DNA from: a virus
Length of the DNA stretch: 64,000 bases
Virus record (IMG/VR): IMGVR_UViG_3300032229_000533
Span: 118,340 to 182,339 of that record
Strand: one strand, 5' to 3'
Position 1 is the first letter of the stretch; each line of letters opens with the position of its first letter. The notes under the pieces are model-generated. The model ran no database searches and was not told where the DNA came from. It was given only the letters and a program-made list of their open reading frames with translations. Made by a program: the position numbers and the translations under genes. Positions 18,524 through 26,167 of the stretch are shown here, one piece after another.

Positions 18524-19693
18524 ATGAGTAGTCAAACAAAATTAATTAAAGATATATTATCAATTTACGATACAATTCTTGAAAACAAGAATATATCTGA
18601 AGCCAGCGACGTATACGACAACGTAGATTTTGAAAATATTGGTCATGGTAATCCTTCATCTGATAATATTAATACAGCTCTTTTACAGGACGTTCAAACA
18701 GCTGCAAAGTCCGCTGGTCTTAAAGTAGATATTACAACTGCAGTAAGTGGTCATGGTACAAAAACTAAAAGTGGTAATACGAGTAGACACCCATCAGGAA
18801 ACGCTGTTGATATTGCAAAAATTAATGATAAGGCAGTAAGTTTATCTAATCGTGCTGATGCAGATAAATTAGTCGCTGCGTTAGTATCAATGGGTTACAC
18901 CAAAAATTCCGAAGGACCAAGTAACCCTAAGGCGGTTTTAACTTTTGGAGTTCAAGGTCATGACGACCACGTTCACGTATCAAATACTACTTCATCTACA
19001 AGTCAGGCTCCAAAAACGTCTTCAAATACAACAACTTCAAGTGATGATACCTCATCAAGTGAAGCAACATCATCAAGTGAAACATCAACGACAACTAAGA
19101 ATAGTAAAGGTAATTCATTTGCAAGGGAAATTGGAAAGTCTATATTAAACGCAGTTGGAATTAACGAAGAAAAAGTATATTCAAGTTTTGGAGATAATAT
19201 ACAATCAAGATATGGTACAATTGTAATACCAAAAGAAAATAATACAAAGATTAAAAGTCCTGTAGAGGGTGTAATAACAAGTTATTATACTTCAGATTGT
19301 GATAATCAAATTGTTATTAAATTTGATAATGGTGGTAATATAGGATATTTGGAATACTGTGGTATCTCAACAATTTTAGTTCGTGATGGACAAACTGTTA
19401 GTAAAGGAACAATAATTGGTAAAACAGATTCAGATGTTAGAGTTACCTTATACGATTTAAATAAAAAAAGAGAAAATATTAATACAGATAAAGAAAAAAA
19501 ATTAAAAGATAAAGACAAGGATAAAGATAAGGATAAAGACAAAAATAAGAGTAAAGAACGTGATTTATACGGTAAAAACGAATATTCAAAACTTTTTATT
19601 AATTCATACAGAAATTTAAAAAAATCTTTTAAACCAAAAGACACCAAAAAAATAGAAGAAAATATAAATAGAATTAAAGGTCTATTAAAATAA
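18524..19693 (+). CDS. Putative cell-wall hydrolase: M15-like Zn peptidase plus degenerate M23-like domain
   Basis: SRHPSGNAVDI...HDDHVHVS (H..D..HxH), S/T-rich linker, KSPVEG...VRDGQTVSKGTIIG, and a (DK)n tail. Confidence 0.7.
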   Translation: MSSQTKLIKDILSIYDTILENKNISEASDVYDNVDFENIGHGNPSSDNINTALLQDVQTAAKSAGLKVDITTAVSGHGTKTKSGNTSRHPSGNAVDIAKINDKAVSLSNRADADKLVAALVSMGYTKNSEGPSNPKAVLTFGVQGHDDHVHVSNTTSSTSQAPKTSSNTTTSSDDTSSSEATSSSETSTTTKNSKGNSFAREIGKSILNAVGINEEKVYSSFGDNIQSRYGTIVIPKENNTKIKSPVEGVITSYYTSDCDNQIVIKFDNGGNIGYLEYCGISTILVRDGQTVSKGTIIGKTDSDVRVTLYDLNKKRENINTDKEKKLKDKDKDKDKDKDKNKSKERDLYGKNEYSKLFINSYRNLKKSFKPKDTKKIEENINRIKGLLK

Positions 19694-19720
19694 AAAAACC
19701 CACCGATTGGTGGGTTTTTT
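19692..19720. terminator. Bidirectional intrinsic terminator
   Basis: A7-cccacc gatt ggtggg-T6 between convergent genes. Confidence 0.9.
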
Positions 19721-19738
19721 GTTTCAGTTAAAATCTAA

Positions 19739-19909
19739 TTACTTAGTTTCAACTTTAGCGGTATCAACTACAGTTGCAGTTGAATCAACTACCATTGTTG
19801 AATCAACGGCTACTACTGTAGAATCTGTTGATTTAACTTCAGTTGTTGATGTTCCGTTTTCGCAAGATGCTAATGCCACGATTGCGAATAATGCTACGAT
19901 TTGTTTCAT
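19739..19909 (-). CDS. Small lipoprotein (56 aa) rich in D-S/T-x motifs
   Basis: Not in ORF track. Hand translation MKQIVALFAIVALASCENGTSTTEVKSTDSTVVAVDSTMVVDSTATVVDTAKVETK, with lipobox LAS-C. Confidence 0.8.
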   Translation of the reverse strand: MKQIVALFAIVALASCENGTSTTEVKSTDSTVVAVDSTMVVDSTATVVDTAKVETK

Positions 19910-20014
19910 AATTGTTTGTTTTGTTTTATTTATAAATTATTTTAATTGTTTCGTTATTGATTTAATAAGTATAGGTAAAGGTGAGATAATTGTCAATTAT
20001 TGGTAATTAATTTT

Positions 20015-21280
20015 TTAAATCATCCAAGAACTAACTTCTTCTAATGACTTGTAAGTTAATTCATTAAGAGAATTTAAAATTTCCTCAACGTTATTTGGGT
20101 CTACACCACCAATTGACATTCTAAACCATCCTTTATTTTCTTTTGAACCAAAATATTCAAAAGGTACTAACCCAATACCACATCTATTAATTAAAAATTT
20201 GGTATAACTTTCAATATTTGTAAATGATAAAGACTCACCCAAATAAATTGAAATATAGATTCCACCTTCAGGTCTTTGGTAATCAATACGGAATCCTTTA
20301 TCTTTTAATTCTTGGATTTTATCACATATTTTGTTTGAAATATCTGAATATTGTTTTGTTTTTGACTTAACAAATTCAACCATATCCTCATAATCATTTA
20401 GATATTTTGCAACAGCGTTTTGTTCTGGTTTAGGTGCCCAAGCTCCAATGTGCGAGAAAACTTCTGTCATCTTACCTATGATGTCCTGTGGACCAAACAT
20501 CCAACCAACTCTAATACCTGTTGCACATAATGATTTAGAAATACCATCCACACAAATCAAATAGTCACGGACTTCAGGACATAATGTTAATGGGTGAACA
20601 AATGAACCCTCAACAGTTAAGTCAGAGTATATTTGGTCAAAGAACAAATACAACGGTCTTGAACCTACCTGTGATTCTCTAATCTTATTCTCGTTTACTA
20701 CCAATTCACAGATACTCTTTAATACCTCAGGATTGATTACACGACCTGTTGGGTTTTGAGGAGAACAAATACAAATTAAAGATGTTTTGTCATTAATTGC
20801 CGTGTCAATATCTGACGCTGTTGGAAAAAACGAGTTCTCAGGTTTACATTCAATTTCTTGTTTAACCGCCCCATGTAAAAAACTATAGTGGTTGTTGTTC
20901 CAAGATGGAACAGGATAGATAACTCCATCACCGTCATTAACCAACGCTTTATAAACCGTATAGATTAACGGACGAACTCCACCACCAACTAATATCTCAT
21001 TTTCGGTATAATCAATACCTTGTCTTTTCTTTAGGTATTCACTAACCGATTGTCGTAAATTTAATTGACCTGCAGACAATGGATAATTGGTTAGGTTTTC
21101 ATTATAAGAATCAACAATGTAATTTTTTAGTTTTTCTGGGATTGGATTTATACTTGAATCAAAATCACCAATTGTTAAATTTTGGACTTTTTTTGTTTTT
21201 GAAATCTCTTTGATTTGTTGAGAGATTTTGATGATTTCAGAACCTACAATGTTGTTTCCTACGTGCGATAATTTTTTCAT
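20015..21280 (-). CDS. PLP-dependent aminotransferase class I/II
   Basis: CSPQNPTG, FDQIY, DGISKSLCATGIRVG (PLP lysine), FRMS. Confidence 0.9.
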   Translation of the reverse strand: MKKLSHVGNNIVGSEIIKISQQIKEISKTKKVQNLTIGDFDSSINPIPEKLKNYIVDSYNENLTNYPLSAGQLNLRQSVSEYLKKRQGIDYTENEILVGGGVRPLIYTVYKALVNDGDGVIYPVPSWNNNHYSFLHGAVKQEIECKPENSFFPTASDIDTAINDKTSLICICSPQNPTGRVINPEVLKSICELVVNENKIRESQVGSRPLYLFFDQIYSDLTVEGSFVHPLTLCPEVRDYLICVDGISKSLCATGIRVGWMFGPQDIIGKMTEVFSHIGAWAPKPEQNAVAKYLNDYEDMVEFVKSKTKQYSDISNKICDKIQELKDKGFRIDYQRPEGGIYISIYLGESLSFTNIESYTKFLINRCGIGLVPFEYFGSKENKGWFRMSIGGVDPNNVEEILNSLNELTYKSLEEVSSWMI

Positions 21281-21319
21281 GTTGCAAATGTAATACTTTA
21301 TTTTTGTTTTTCAAAATTT

Positions 21320-21408
21320 TGGCGGAAGGTGAGGGGCTCGAACCCTCGCGACTTTTACATCCTATCAGTTTAGCAAACTGACCCCTTCACCAACTTGGGT
21401 AACCTTCC
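21320..21408 (-). tRNA. tRNA-Ser(GCT), CCA encoded
   Basis: tcagt-ttGCTaa-actga anticodon arm, long variable arm, canonical T-loop. Confidence 0.95.
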
Positions 21409-21409
21409 A

Positions 21410-21730
21410 TTATTTTATTAACTCCAATAGAACATAAGTTAATTTATATCCTGTAAATGCCCCAAGAGCAGATGGGATTGGAAACACAATCATCTTACCT
21501 AAATCGGTAACATACTTTGGTCTGTTAACAATCTTACCCATAAAAAAATAATAGGTGATATATCCTAACAATACCGCCAAATCTGTCTTGGTTGCAATGA
21601 ATACAACTAATGTTGCACCTATAAATCCAAAGACAAAATTATCTCTAACTCCTTCCCATATTTCGTATGGGGTGGCATCTTTATACTCTTTAACAATTTT
21701 TTGAAATGATTTTCTATTTCTCTTAAACAT
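21410..21730 (-). CDS. Small membrane protein
   Basis: 106 aa with three hydrophobic stretches. Confidence 0.65.
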   Translation of the reverse strand: MFKRNRKSFQKIVKEYKDATPYEIWEGVRDNFVFGFIGATLVVFIATKTDLAVLLGYITYYFFMGKIVNRPKYVTDLGKMIVFPIPSALGAFTGYKLTYVLLELIK

Positions 21731-21745
21731 ACTCTAATTTTTTTG

Positions 21746-21819
21746 TCGGAATGGGTGGAATTGAACCACCGACCATTTGCGTATAAGGCAACCGCTTCTC
21801 ACCACTGAGCTACATTCCG
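21746..21819 (-). tRNA. tRNA-Ile(TAT)
   Basis: CGGAATG/CATTCCG acceptor; ttgc-ctTATac-gcaa anticodon arm; ggtgg-ttcaatt-ccacc T-arm. Confidence 0.88.
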
Positions 21820-21840
21820 TATCATACAAATATAAAAAAA

Positions 21841-21869
21841 ATCCCTCTGAATTTCAAACTCAGAGGGAT
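21841..21869 (-). terminator. Intrinsic terminator
   Basis: atccctctga/tcagagggat 10-bp stem followed by a T run on the minus strand. Confidence 0.8.
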
Positions 21870-21894
21870 AAATTATTTTTAATAAAAAATTATT

Positions 21895-22365
21895 TTATTT
21901 TAAGAATCTCAATTTATAAATAGTACTGTAAATTAATTCTTGAACAGTATCAATTTGATTTTGAATAAAAGACTCTTTAACTGACTTTCTATTTTTTTCA
22001 ATATTTTCATCTAACCCTTTAAAGTAAGTTATTAGTTGCTCTGTTGATTTATAATCAACCATTTTAATTGTTTTATATCCTGTTAACAAATCGTTTTTAC
22101 CTTGGTAGCTCTCAACAATTCCGTCAATTAGTTCAACAATCCCATCGTAATACGTACCTAATGCAGTATGTTCAGCAAATGATGATTGTGATTTTGTTTG
22201 CCAATGAAATACATGTGCCTGACTTCTTGAATGAAGTAATGTTGAAATCATATCAACAATATCCCCATCCTCAGCAATATCATCAGCAGTTTCTTTTTTT
22301 TCGGCTTCACTCAACTGTATTACTTTATACAATTGTTCTTTTGTCAATGTTACTCTTTTTTCCAT
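21895..22365 (-). CDS. Ferritin/Dps-like four-helix protein (DUF5856-like)
   Basis: Start moved to MEKRV at 22365 because the track start lies inside a tRNA. Motifs AHVFHWQT...HTALGTYYDG...ELIDGIVESYQG. Confidence 0.7.
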   Translation of the reverse strand: MEKRVTLTKEQLYKVIQLSEAEKKETADDIAEDGDIVDMISTLLHSRSQAHVFHWQTKSQSSFAEHTALGTYYDGIVELIDGIVESYQGKNDLLTGYKTIKMVDYKSTEQLITYFKGLDENIEKNRKSVKESFIQNQIDTVQELIYSTIYKLRFLK

Positions 22366-22403
22366 ACATATAAATACCTTGCCATTTGGAAAAAAATTAT
22401 TTG

Positions 22404-22475
22404 TACCGATGGGAAGAATTGAACTTCCGACAACTTGGATATGAATCAAGTGCTCTACCACTGAACTACATCGGC
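22404..22475 (-). tRNA. tRNA with CAT anticodon, probably elongator Met
   Basis: GCCGATG/CATCGGT acceptor; cttga-ttCATat-ccaag. Lacks the initiator GGG/CCC stem and the C4/C5 Ile2 pattern. Confidence 0.8.
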
Positions 22476-22480
22476 ATTAG

Positions 22481-22555
22481 TGGTTTCATAGGGACTCGAA
22501 CCCCAACGTCTTTTCGTCCGTAGCGAAATGTTTTATCCAATTAAACTATAAAACC
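22481..22555 (-). tRNA. tRNA-Arg(ACG)
   Basis: tttcg-ctACGga-cgaaa; its 5' 15 nt overlap the HNH ORF end. Confidence 0.88.
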
Positions 22556-23218
22556 ATTGTTGTATTTTTGATAATATTTAACCCATTTTCTAATTGCATT
22601 ATCACTAACATTATATTTTTTACCTGTCCCAACGTAACCAAACTTTTCAATCTCATCTATCAAATTGTTGTAGTCAGGTCTTTCTGTTTTTCGTCTATCT
22701 TTATAATATTCTTCTTTCTCCTTAGTAAAAATTTTTCTCATATCTTCTTTATATGTTTTACTTTTTGTGTTTTTACCACAGTGAGTTGGTAGAGTTGCAT
22801 TACAGTTTGGACAAACTATTCTTAAATTCTCAATCCTATTATCATTCCAAACCCCATTGATATGGTCAATAATTAACGACATCTTTTTTCCCATCCATTC
22901 CTCACCTTGACCACATAATTCGCAATTTCTTTTTTTGATACCTGTTTCATATAACCTTTCCTTCAATCGGCTCCTATTATATGAGGACCCTTCAGTTAGA
23001 ATATCATCTAATTGAATGGTTTTTTCTTTGGTTGATTGATTTAATTTTTCAATTCTAACTTCGTCAGGATTAAAGTGGTCTACATTTATATTATATTTTT
23101 TCAAATATTTTTTTAAGGTATTAAAATTACCTCCTGCAGCTCTTAACCCAAGTTTATGTAAACACTCTGTTTGTGTTTTAGAATTTTTAACAATTTCATC
23201 TAATTTAATTTTATCCAT
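22541..23218 (-). CDS. HNH homing-type endonuclease with flanking HTH-like segments
   Basis: CELCG...LIIDHING...DNRIENLRIVCPNCNA; C-terminal GKKYNVSDNAIRKW. Confidence 0.88.
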   Translation of the reverse strand: MDKIKLDEIVKNSKTQTECLHKLGLRAAGGNFNTLKKYLKKYNINVDHFNPDEVRIEKLNQSTKEKTIQLDDILTEGSSYNRSRLKERLYETGIKKRNCELCGQGEEWMGKKMSLIIDHINGVWNDNRIENLRIVCPNCNATLPTHCGKNTKSKTYKEDMRKIFTKEKEEYYKDRRKTERPDYNNLIDEIEKFGYVGTGKKYNVSDNAIRKWVKYYQKYNNGFIV

Positions 23219-23282
23219 AATTCGAACCTTTAATTATAAATATGTCGAACCATGTAAAAATTTATAGTAGAAATAAAAAAAG

Positions 23283-23353
23283 TTGTCCCTGGAGGATTCG
23301 AACCTCCACAATTTCCGTCAAAGGGAAATGTCCTGCCATTAGACGAAAGGACA
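23283..23353 (-). tRNA. tRNA-Gln(TTG)
   Basis: tttcc-ctTTGac-ggaaa; U1-A72. Confidence 0.93.
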
Positions 23354-23360
23354 ATTTGTG

Positions 23361-23442
23361 TGGGAGTAGTAGGACTCGAACCTACGAACTCAAAAGAGGT
23401 TTGATTTACAGTCAAATGCAGTTGCCGCTGTGCCATACTCCC
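23361..23442 (-). tRNA. tRNA-Tyr(GTA)
   Basis: tttga-ctGTAaa-tcaaa; long variable arm. Confidence 0.93.
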
Positions 23443-23447
23443 ATTAG

Positions 23448-23519
23448 CACGGATGGAGAATTACGATATCCCGACACCTAGTTTTGGAGACTAGTGCTCT
23501 GCCCCTGAGCTACATCCGT
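23448..23519 (-). tRNA. tRNA-Trp(CCA) with non-canonical T-loop
   Basis: ctagt-ctCCAaa-actag; perfect ACGGATG/CATCCGT acceptor; T-loop reads ATCGTAA. Confidence 0.8.
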
Positions 23520-23531
23520 ATTTTTTTTTTG

Positions 23532-23602
23532 AGGTCGGTATAGGATTTGAACCTATGTAAGCGGTTTTGCAGACCGACGCCTAACCACTCGGCCAACCGA
23601 CC
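23532..23602 (-). tRNA. tRNA-Cys(GCA)
   Basis: cggt-ctGCAaa-accg; discriminator U. Confidence 0.93.
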
Positions 23603-23608
23603 TTTTAG

Positions 23609-23683
23609 TGTCCCCGATGGGACTCGAACCCATGACTCCTTCATTAAAAGTGAAGTGCTCTAAACCAACTGAGCTACGAAGAC
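23609..23683 (-). tRNA. tRNA-Lys(TTT)
   Basis: cttca-ctTTTaa-tgaag. Confidence 0.93.
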
Positions 23684-23689
23684 ATTAAG

Positions 23690-23761
23690 TTGTCACGATA
23701 GGATTTGAACCTATGACCGCTTCCGTATCAGAGAAGAACTCTACCACTGAGTTACGTGACA
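23690..23761 (-). tRNA. tRNA-Ile(GAT)
   Basis: cttct-ctGATac-ggaag. Confidence 0.92.
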
Positions 23762-23768
23762 ATAAAAT

Positions 23769-24101
23769 TTATTGTGGTAAAAAAAACATGTTAACAATTA
23801 CATCCCAAAACCAATTTCTTGGAATTTCTTCACATTCAATTCTACCATTTTGAAAATACGTTGTTTTATAATACATTGTCGGTGACTTTTGAATTAAAAC
23901 CCTGTGTTTTGGAGTAAACAACATTGTTTCGGTTAATGATTCATATTCTTTGTCCCATTTTGCAAACACCTCATGCTCCGAACCTTCAATTATTATTTTT
24001 CCTATCTTACCTGTCTTCCATTCAACAATTTCAGTTTTTAATTCAAATCTCTGTGAATGTGATAATATTGGTAATAAAAGGAACAGAACAATTATTTTCA
24101 T
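23769..24101 (-). CDS. Small secreted protein
   Basis: 110 aa; N-terminal signal-peptide-like MKIIVLFLLLPILSHS. Confidence 0.65.
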   Translation of the reverse strand: MKIIVLFLLLPILSHSQRFELKTEIVEWKTGKIGKIIIEGSEHEVFAKWDKEYESLTETMLFTPKHRVLIQKSPTMYYKTTYFQNGRIECEEIPRNWFWDVIVNMFFLPQ

Positions 24102-24131
24102 TTTTTTATTTTTTTAATTTAAATAATATTG

Positions 24132-24214
24132 CGGAGGATGAGGGAATCGAACCCCCAAGGCTTTTACACCCAGCTGATTTCAAGTCAGTGTCCTCGTCCA
24201 TTCGGGCACCCTCC
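24132..24214 (-). tRNA. tRNA-Ser(TGA)
   Basis: ctga-ctTGAaa-tcag; long variable arm; discriminator G. Confidence 0.93.
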
Positions 24215-24247
24215 GTATAACCGACCTAGCTCGGTAAACACATCGGA

Positions 24248-24326
24248 TGGGGTGACTAACGGGAGTCGAACCCGCGACCTCTTGAACCACAATCAAGCGC
24301 TCTAAACCAACTGAGCTATAGCCAAC
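24248..24326 (-). tRNA. tRNA-His(GTG), G-1 and CCA encoded
   Basis: cttga-ttGTGgt-tcaag; G-1 opposite C73. Confidence 0.92.
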
Positions 24327-24330
24327 ATGT

Positions 24331-24470
24331 AAAAGGTAGGGTTGACTTTATCAGGAATCCAGTCTCACGACTTCACACACCATTAGAGAGTTGGGTATTA
24401 CTACCTATCCTTAGTGTGTACCCTTGCGTCACGTCTCTCCACGATTATCAACCTACGCATTTTACTACCA
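24331..24470 (-). ncRNA. Candidate structured ncRNA in tRNA array
   Basis: Two GNRA-capped hairpins (ggta-GTAA-tacc and agtc-GTGA-gact), acacac/gtgtgt stem, long-range gtaggttga/tcaaccctac pairing. Confidence 0.5.
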
Positions 24471-24474
24471 TTTG

Positions 24475-24574
24475 TAGTCAGGACAGGATTCGAACCTGTA
24501 ATGGTATTATACATTCCCATTTCCCCTATGATTGGGAGTGCCAATGGTTTATAAGCCAATTCCACCACCTGACT
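24475..24574 (-). ncRNA. tRNA-like element (100 nt) with non-canonical centre
   Basis: AGTCAGG/CCTGACT-A acceptor, Leu-like D-arm start, acagg-ttcgaat-cctgt T-arm; no canonical anticodon loop. Confidence 0.65.
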
Positions 24575-24965
24575 ATTTTATTAACCCCCACACCTCTTTA
24601 CAATACTTCTCATTCTCAACCGCCTCAATCTCCATCGGGTGATTCTCATACCCATACTTTTTCAACATCTTATAGTACTTGCTCGCCACAGGTTGTAATG
24701 TGTGAGTGTATTCGTGTAATGTTGTTGTAATCAAATCACTAACATTTTTACAATTATTTTTAAACACTATAATTGTATGAGTGTCGGGACGATATTCACC
24801 ATACTTCAAAAAGTCATCGTTTTTACTCTGAGATTTCACAATCGCTTTACAAAAACCTTTTCTTTTATTCACCCCAAACATAACCTCACAAATACCAATT
24901 GTTTTATCAACAATTTGTCTAATCTCTTTGTGTGTTAAAGTCTTCAAATTAGTGTTTATTCTCAT
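24573..24965 (-). CDS. HExxH zincin-like protein
   Basis: Start moved to MRINTN, after a TATCTTTG box; LHEYTH...HPMEIEA. Confidence 0.7.
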   Translation of the reverse strand: MRINTNLKTLTHKEIRQIVDKTIGICEVMFGVNKRKGFCKAIVKSQSKNDDFLKYGEYRPDTHTIIVFKNNCKNVSDLITTTLHEYTHTLQPVASKYYKMLKKYGYENHPMEIEAVENEKYCKEVWGLIK

Positions 24966-25029
24966 ATTATATCCCCGTTTTGTTACACAAAGATACGGAA
25001 TATTCCCCAAATCACCAAAAAAAGTTTTG

Positions 25030-25162
25030 TAGTCAAGGTCGGACTCGAACCGAATACCGTTCTTGACGGATTAGACAACCTTATAACGTCTCGCGTCCAA
25101 ATGGTTATGGACCGTGGTGTTTTTCGGACTTGGGTACCTTCCCGCATTACGCCCACTTGACT
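25030..25162 (-). ncRNA. tRNA-like element (133 nt) with expanded centre
   Basis: AGTCAAG/CTTGACT-A acceptor and tcgg-ttcgagt-ccga T-arm enclosing three small hairpins (gtcca/tggac, agac/gtct, ccgt/acgg). Confidence 0.6.
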
Positions 25163-25164
25163 AA

Positions 25165-25366
25165 CCCCAGTTGTTCGTTCATCTCGGAGATGGGTGCTCC
25201 TGCACGTGTTTCCACCCACGGGATGGTAGCTTTTCTCCTCGGTATTGTAGGACCGAGTGCCTGTTGAGCAACCATTGGCTACTAATGGTTTTGTTTACCC
25301 CCTTCACCAGCTTAATGGACTGGCTGCCATATCGGAAGTGGGGGTTTCCTGTTATTTCAGGACTTC
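25165..25366 (-). ncRNA. Candidate multi-hairpin ncRNA
   Basis: GC-rich against background; stems gaagt/acttc, tcctg/cagga, ccagt/gctgg, aaccatt/aatggtt, ctcggt/accgag and gggtg/caccc. Confidence 0.5.
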
Positions 25367-25367
25367 G

Positions 25368-25440
25368 TGGTAAGGGTTGGAATCGAACCAACGGCACAGG
25401 GATTTTCAGTCCCTTGCTCTACCTACTGAGCTACCATACC
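25368..25440 (-). tRNA. tRNA-Phe(GAA)
   Basis: aggga-ctGAAaa-tccct. Confidence 0.93.
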
Positions 25441-25446
25441 AAATTT

Positions 25447-25698
25447 GAGGTTGAGACCCTCTGTGTTGTAGTGTACGATTATGTTTTCCATAATTCAAGT
25501 AATGTCACTCATCTTTATATCTCCTTTCTCAAGGGAACAACACAATATTGTTGATAATGATGGAGTACCCGTCTCGCTCCAATCTTAAGTGCTTCTTCAG
25601 TTTTACGAGGTCCTCGGCACTGTCCTTTTCAGGGGGTGATGAATTCCAATTCCATTCTGAAGAGTCGACCTTCGTTGAATGGGGAAAACCATTATCAA
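25447..25698 (-). ncRNA. Candidate two-domain structured ncRNA
   Basis: Domain 1: 9-bp ttgataatg/cattatcaa stem (25551-9/25690-8), tcttcag/ctgaaga, ggag/ctcc. Domain 2: tgtgttgt/acaacaca stem with complementary ttgaga and tctcaa loop segments. Confidence 0.6.
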
Positions 25699-25758
25699 TT
25701 CCTTTCGTCGGGGGAGTAGGTCACCAACTTCTTTAACCCCTACTCCCCCACATTATTG

Positions 25759-25830
25759 TAGTCGGTACGGGAATCGAACCCGTCTTTTATCCGTGAAAGG
25801 GATATGTCCTAACCGATAGACTAACCGACC
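25759..25830 (-). tRNA. tRNA-Glu(TTC)
   Basis: tatcc-ctTTCac-ggata. Confidence 0.93.
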
Positions 25831-25837
25831 AATTGTG

Positions 25838-25910
25838 TAGTCCCTGTAGGACTCGAACCTACGACTGCTTGCATGTAAGGCAAGAGCTCTACCAACTGAG
25901 CTAAAGGACT
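25838..25910 (-). tRNA. tRNA-Val(TAC)
   Basis: cttgc-ctTACat-gcaag. Confidence 0.93.
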
Positions 25911-25920
25911 ATTTTTTTCC

Positions 25921-25935
25921 AACATGTCAAAGACC
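25921..25935 (-). promoter_or_regulatory. boxA-like antitermination site
   Basis: GGTCTTTGACATGTT, 10 nt upstream of tRNA-Val; near-identical copy at 29269-29282. Confidence 0.6.
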
Positions 25936-25990
25936 TATTTTGTTTTTCAACGATACAAAGGTAATACATTTTTTTTAAAGTTTTGGACTA

Positions 25991-26032
25991 AAAACAAAAA
26001 ACCCCAAACTTTTTTTCAAAGTTCGGGGTTTT
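25991..26032 (-). terminator. Attenuator terminator 1
   Basis: aaaaccccgaacttt-gaaaa-aaagtttggggtttt followed by tgttttt. Confidence 0.85.
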
Positions 26033-26083
26033 AATATCTTGTTATTTCTAACTTGTTATTAACGTACTACCTTATATCCGAAC

Positions 26084-26167
26084 TCAATTTTGCATATGAC
26101 GATACCAGCTACAGAATACCTCTTGTTGCTTAATAACCGACGACATATGTTTAATTGATGTTCTCAT
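26084..26167 (-). CDS. Leader peptide 1 (27 aa) of tRNA array 1
   Basis: Hand translation MRTSIKHMSSVIKQQEVFCSWYRHMQN*. Upstream TTTG-N19-TATTATTG promoter. Stop codon overlaps gagttcgg, which is complementary to the terminator 5' arm. Confidence 0.75.
   Translation of the reverse strand: MRTSIKHMSSVIKQQEVFCSWYRHMQN

Noticed and set aside
23230-23481. Track ORFs across tRNA-Gln, Tyr and Trp
   Set aside because: They are by-products of GC-rich tRNA sequence.
24475-24574. Selenocysteine or opal suppressor tRNA
   Set aside because: The UCA-centred loop lacks U33 and purine 37, the acceptor is 7 bp and the discriminator is A. Kept only as a tRNA-like element.
25561-25600. Hammerhead ribozyme (CUGAAGA ... 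GAGAC on the minus strand)
   Set aside because: The second core element reads GAGA rather than GAAA, and CUGAAGA has a perfect pairing partner (tcttcag), so it is probably helical.
24416-25736. Track ORFs 24416, 24983, 25171, 25179 and 25548 as real genes
   Set aside because: They overlap tRNAs or structured GC-rich elements, have atypical composition and lack the promoter motifs seen on real genes.
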